NCBI GenBank assembly: GCA_046498225.1
Contig: JAWOBF010000020.1
Location: forward strand, 1-28,993
Reading direction: 5' to 3'
Origin: Candidatus Aegiribacteria sp.
GTDB lineage: Bacteria > Fermentibacterota > Fermentibacteria > Fermentibacterales > JCC-6
DNA: 28,993 bases
Shown in pieces: positions 27,685-28,993 of the stretch (positions are counted from its first letter, which is position 1; every line of letters begins with the position of its first letter). A model generated the notes under the pieces. The model saw only the letters and a list, made by a program, of their open reading frames with translations. It did not search any database and was not told the origin of the DNA. The position numbers were made by a program, and so were the translations under genes.

Positions 27685-28754
27685 CCGTCCCACCCCTGAC
27701 CCATCTTTACGTTAACCCCGCCGGAGAATGCAACCTCGCATGCAGCCACTGCTGGATAACCCCCGGAAGGAGCGGCGCTCCCTTCACCGTCAGGGAAAGA
27801 CTGAAGGAGGAATTCACTCCGGAGCAGTTCAGGGACCTGCTTGACAGCGCGGCGGACCTTGGTCTGAAGAACCTGAAGTTCACCGGCGGGGAGCCTCTGC
27901 TCAGGGCCGACTTCCCCCTCCTCTACCGGGCCGCGGCGGAACACTCCGCCCGTCTTTTCGTTAACATCGAGACCAACGGGACCCTGGAGCCGGAAGGTAT
28001 CTGGGAAGCATTCGACGAACATCCTCCCGGGAGCGTTGCGGTGAGCCTGGACAGCGCCGACCCGGAAGTCCATGACGATTTCAGGAACACCCCCGGGGCA
28101 TTCCGGAAGACGGTCTCCTTCATCGGGAAGCTGGTGAGCGGAGGGGTGAATACGCAGGTGATAACCTCCACCGTCGACTTTCGAGTGGAACCGGTCCTGC
28201 GGGTAGCGCGCCTCTGCCGCGACCTGGGGGTGGGCAGCCTTAAGGTGAACCCGGTCCAGCCCATCGGAAGGGGAGCGGGGCTGCATGGAAACAACACCGG
28301 CATCGAGAGTATCCTGTCCTTCGCCCGGGATATCCATGAGACCTGCGGAAGGTCGGTGACCGTGGACGTTCCGCCGGCCTTCCTGCCCGTAAACAGGCTG
28401 AAGGAATCGGGAAGGTGCCCCCTGCAGAACCTGCTGGGCGTACTTGCCAACGGCGACGTCTCCTTCTGCGGCATCGGATTCATCTGCGGCGAGCTGGTGA
28501 TGGGGAATTTCATCACCGGGAAGCTGGACAGCATATGGAGGGACCATCCCCTTCTGCAGAAGGTGAGGACCCTTCTTCCGGGGAAGCTGGAGGGCATATG
28601 CGGCAACTGCGTTCACAAAGGTATATGCCTGGGCTCCTGCGTGATGCAGAACTACTACTCCACCGGCAGCTTCACCGCCCCTTTCTGGGTCTGCAGCAGG
28701 GCTGAGGAAAATGGGCTCTTCCCGGAGACAAGGAAGATCAGTCCCGATGCGTAA
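27681..28754 (+). CDS. Radical SAM/SPASM domain protein (SynChlorMet ScmF-like)
   Basis: CNLACSHC (CxxxCxxC), FTGGEPLL, IETNG, VSLDS, and a full SPASM motif C-x11-G-x4-C ... C-x2-C-x5-C-x3-C ... C. Confidence 0.93.
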   Translation: MTVPPLTHLYVNPAGECNLACSHCWITPGRSGAPFTVRERLKEEFTPEQFRDLLDSAADLGLKNLKFTGGEPLLRADFPLLYRAAAEHSARLFVNIETNGTLEPEGIWEAFDEHPPGSVAVSLDSADPEVHDDFRNTPGAFRKTVSFIGKLVSGGVNTQVITSTVDFRVEPVLRVARLCRDLGVGSLKVNPVQPIGRGAGLHGNNTGIESILSFARDIHETCGRSVTVDVPPAFLPVNRLKESGRCPLQNLLGVLANGDVSFCGIGFICGELVMGNFITGKLDSIWRDHPLLQKVRTLLPGKLEGICGNCVHKGICLGSCVMQNYYSTGSFTAPFWVCSRAEENGLFPETRKISPDA

Positions 28755-28993
28755 GTCCATTCTCAGGGTCCAGGCCCGGGCGGTCAGAGGCCGGGGCGCG
28801 GTCCTTCACGCTTCAGCGGTGATATCCCGGGAGCGGGGCATCCTCTTCATGGCCCCGTCCGGGGGAGGAAAAAGCACCGCCGCCCGAATACTGGGAGAGG
28901 GGGGGTACCGGGTTCTGGGGGACGACAGCACCGTGGTGTGCAGGGGAACGGACGGCGTATGGAGGGTGATTCCCTGCGCCAGCTGGTCCTGGC
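28747..28993 (+). CDS. HPr-kinase-like P-loop protein (ScmC-like), 5' part; runs off the right edge
   Basis: Not in the ORF track. ATG 28747 overlaps the rSAM 3' end. Translation: MRKSILRVQARAVRGRGAVLHASAVISRERGILFMAPSGGGKSTAARILGEGGYRVLGDDSTVV..., carrying the LHAS, P-loop xPSGxGKST and DD motifs of the HPrK fold. Confidence 0.85.
   Translation, partial: MRKSILRVQARAVRGRGAVLHASAVISRERGILFMAPSGGGKSTAARILGEGGYRVLGDDSTVVCRGTDGVWRVIPCASWSW

Noticed and set aside
27540..28760. 406-aa minus-strand ORF
   Set aside because: Antisense shadow of the radical SAM gene.

Overview
High-GC bacterial chromosomal segment, almost all genes on the minus strand. It is probably from an FCB-superphylum candidate lineage such as Fermentibacterota (Hyd24-12). 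That is inferred from a secreted protein ending in a SWGxIKxLY-type motif and an FCB-type SecA insertion, not from a database search. Housekeeping genes are ispH (partial), uvrB, an archaeal/eukaryote-type pheS-pheT pair, xerD, lon with hsp20, recG, panE and secA. Between them sit several unusual envelope or accessory proteins: an exported PPC-repeat caspase-family protease with a zinc ribbon, a protein with three L7/L12-CTD(ClpS)-like domains, a TsaP-like LysM protein, a LecA/PA-IL-like lipoprotein, and a TPR-TM-PEGA-TonB_C protein. A 44-codon ORF missing from the ORF track, with a signal peptide and a C-terminal R-x-x-P, lies just upstream of secA with its stop codon inside a terminator-like hairpin; it is a candidate SecM-like secretion monitor. 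At the right end a divergent plus-strand RiPP-type operon begins (PqqD/RRE, radical SAM/SPASM, HPr-kinase-like P-loop protein; SynChlorMet-cassette-like) and runs off the window. No rRNA, tRNA, CRISPR array or transposase was recognised.
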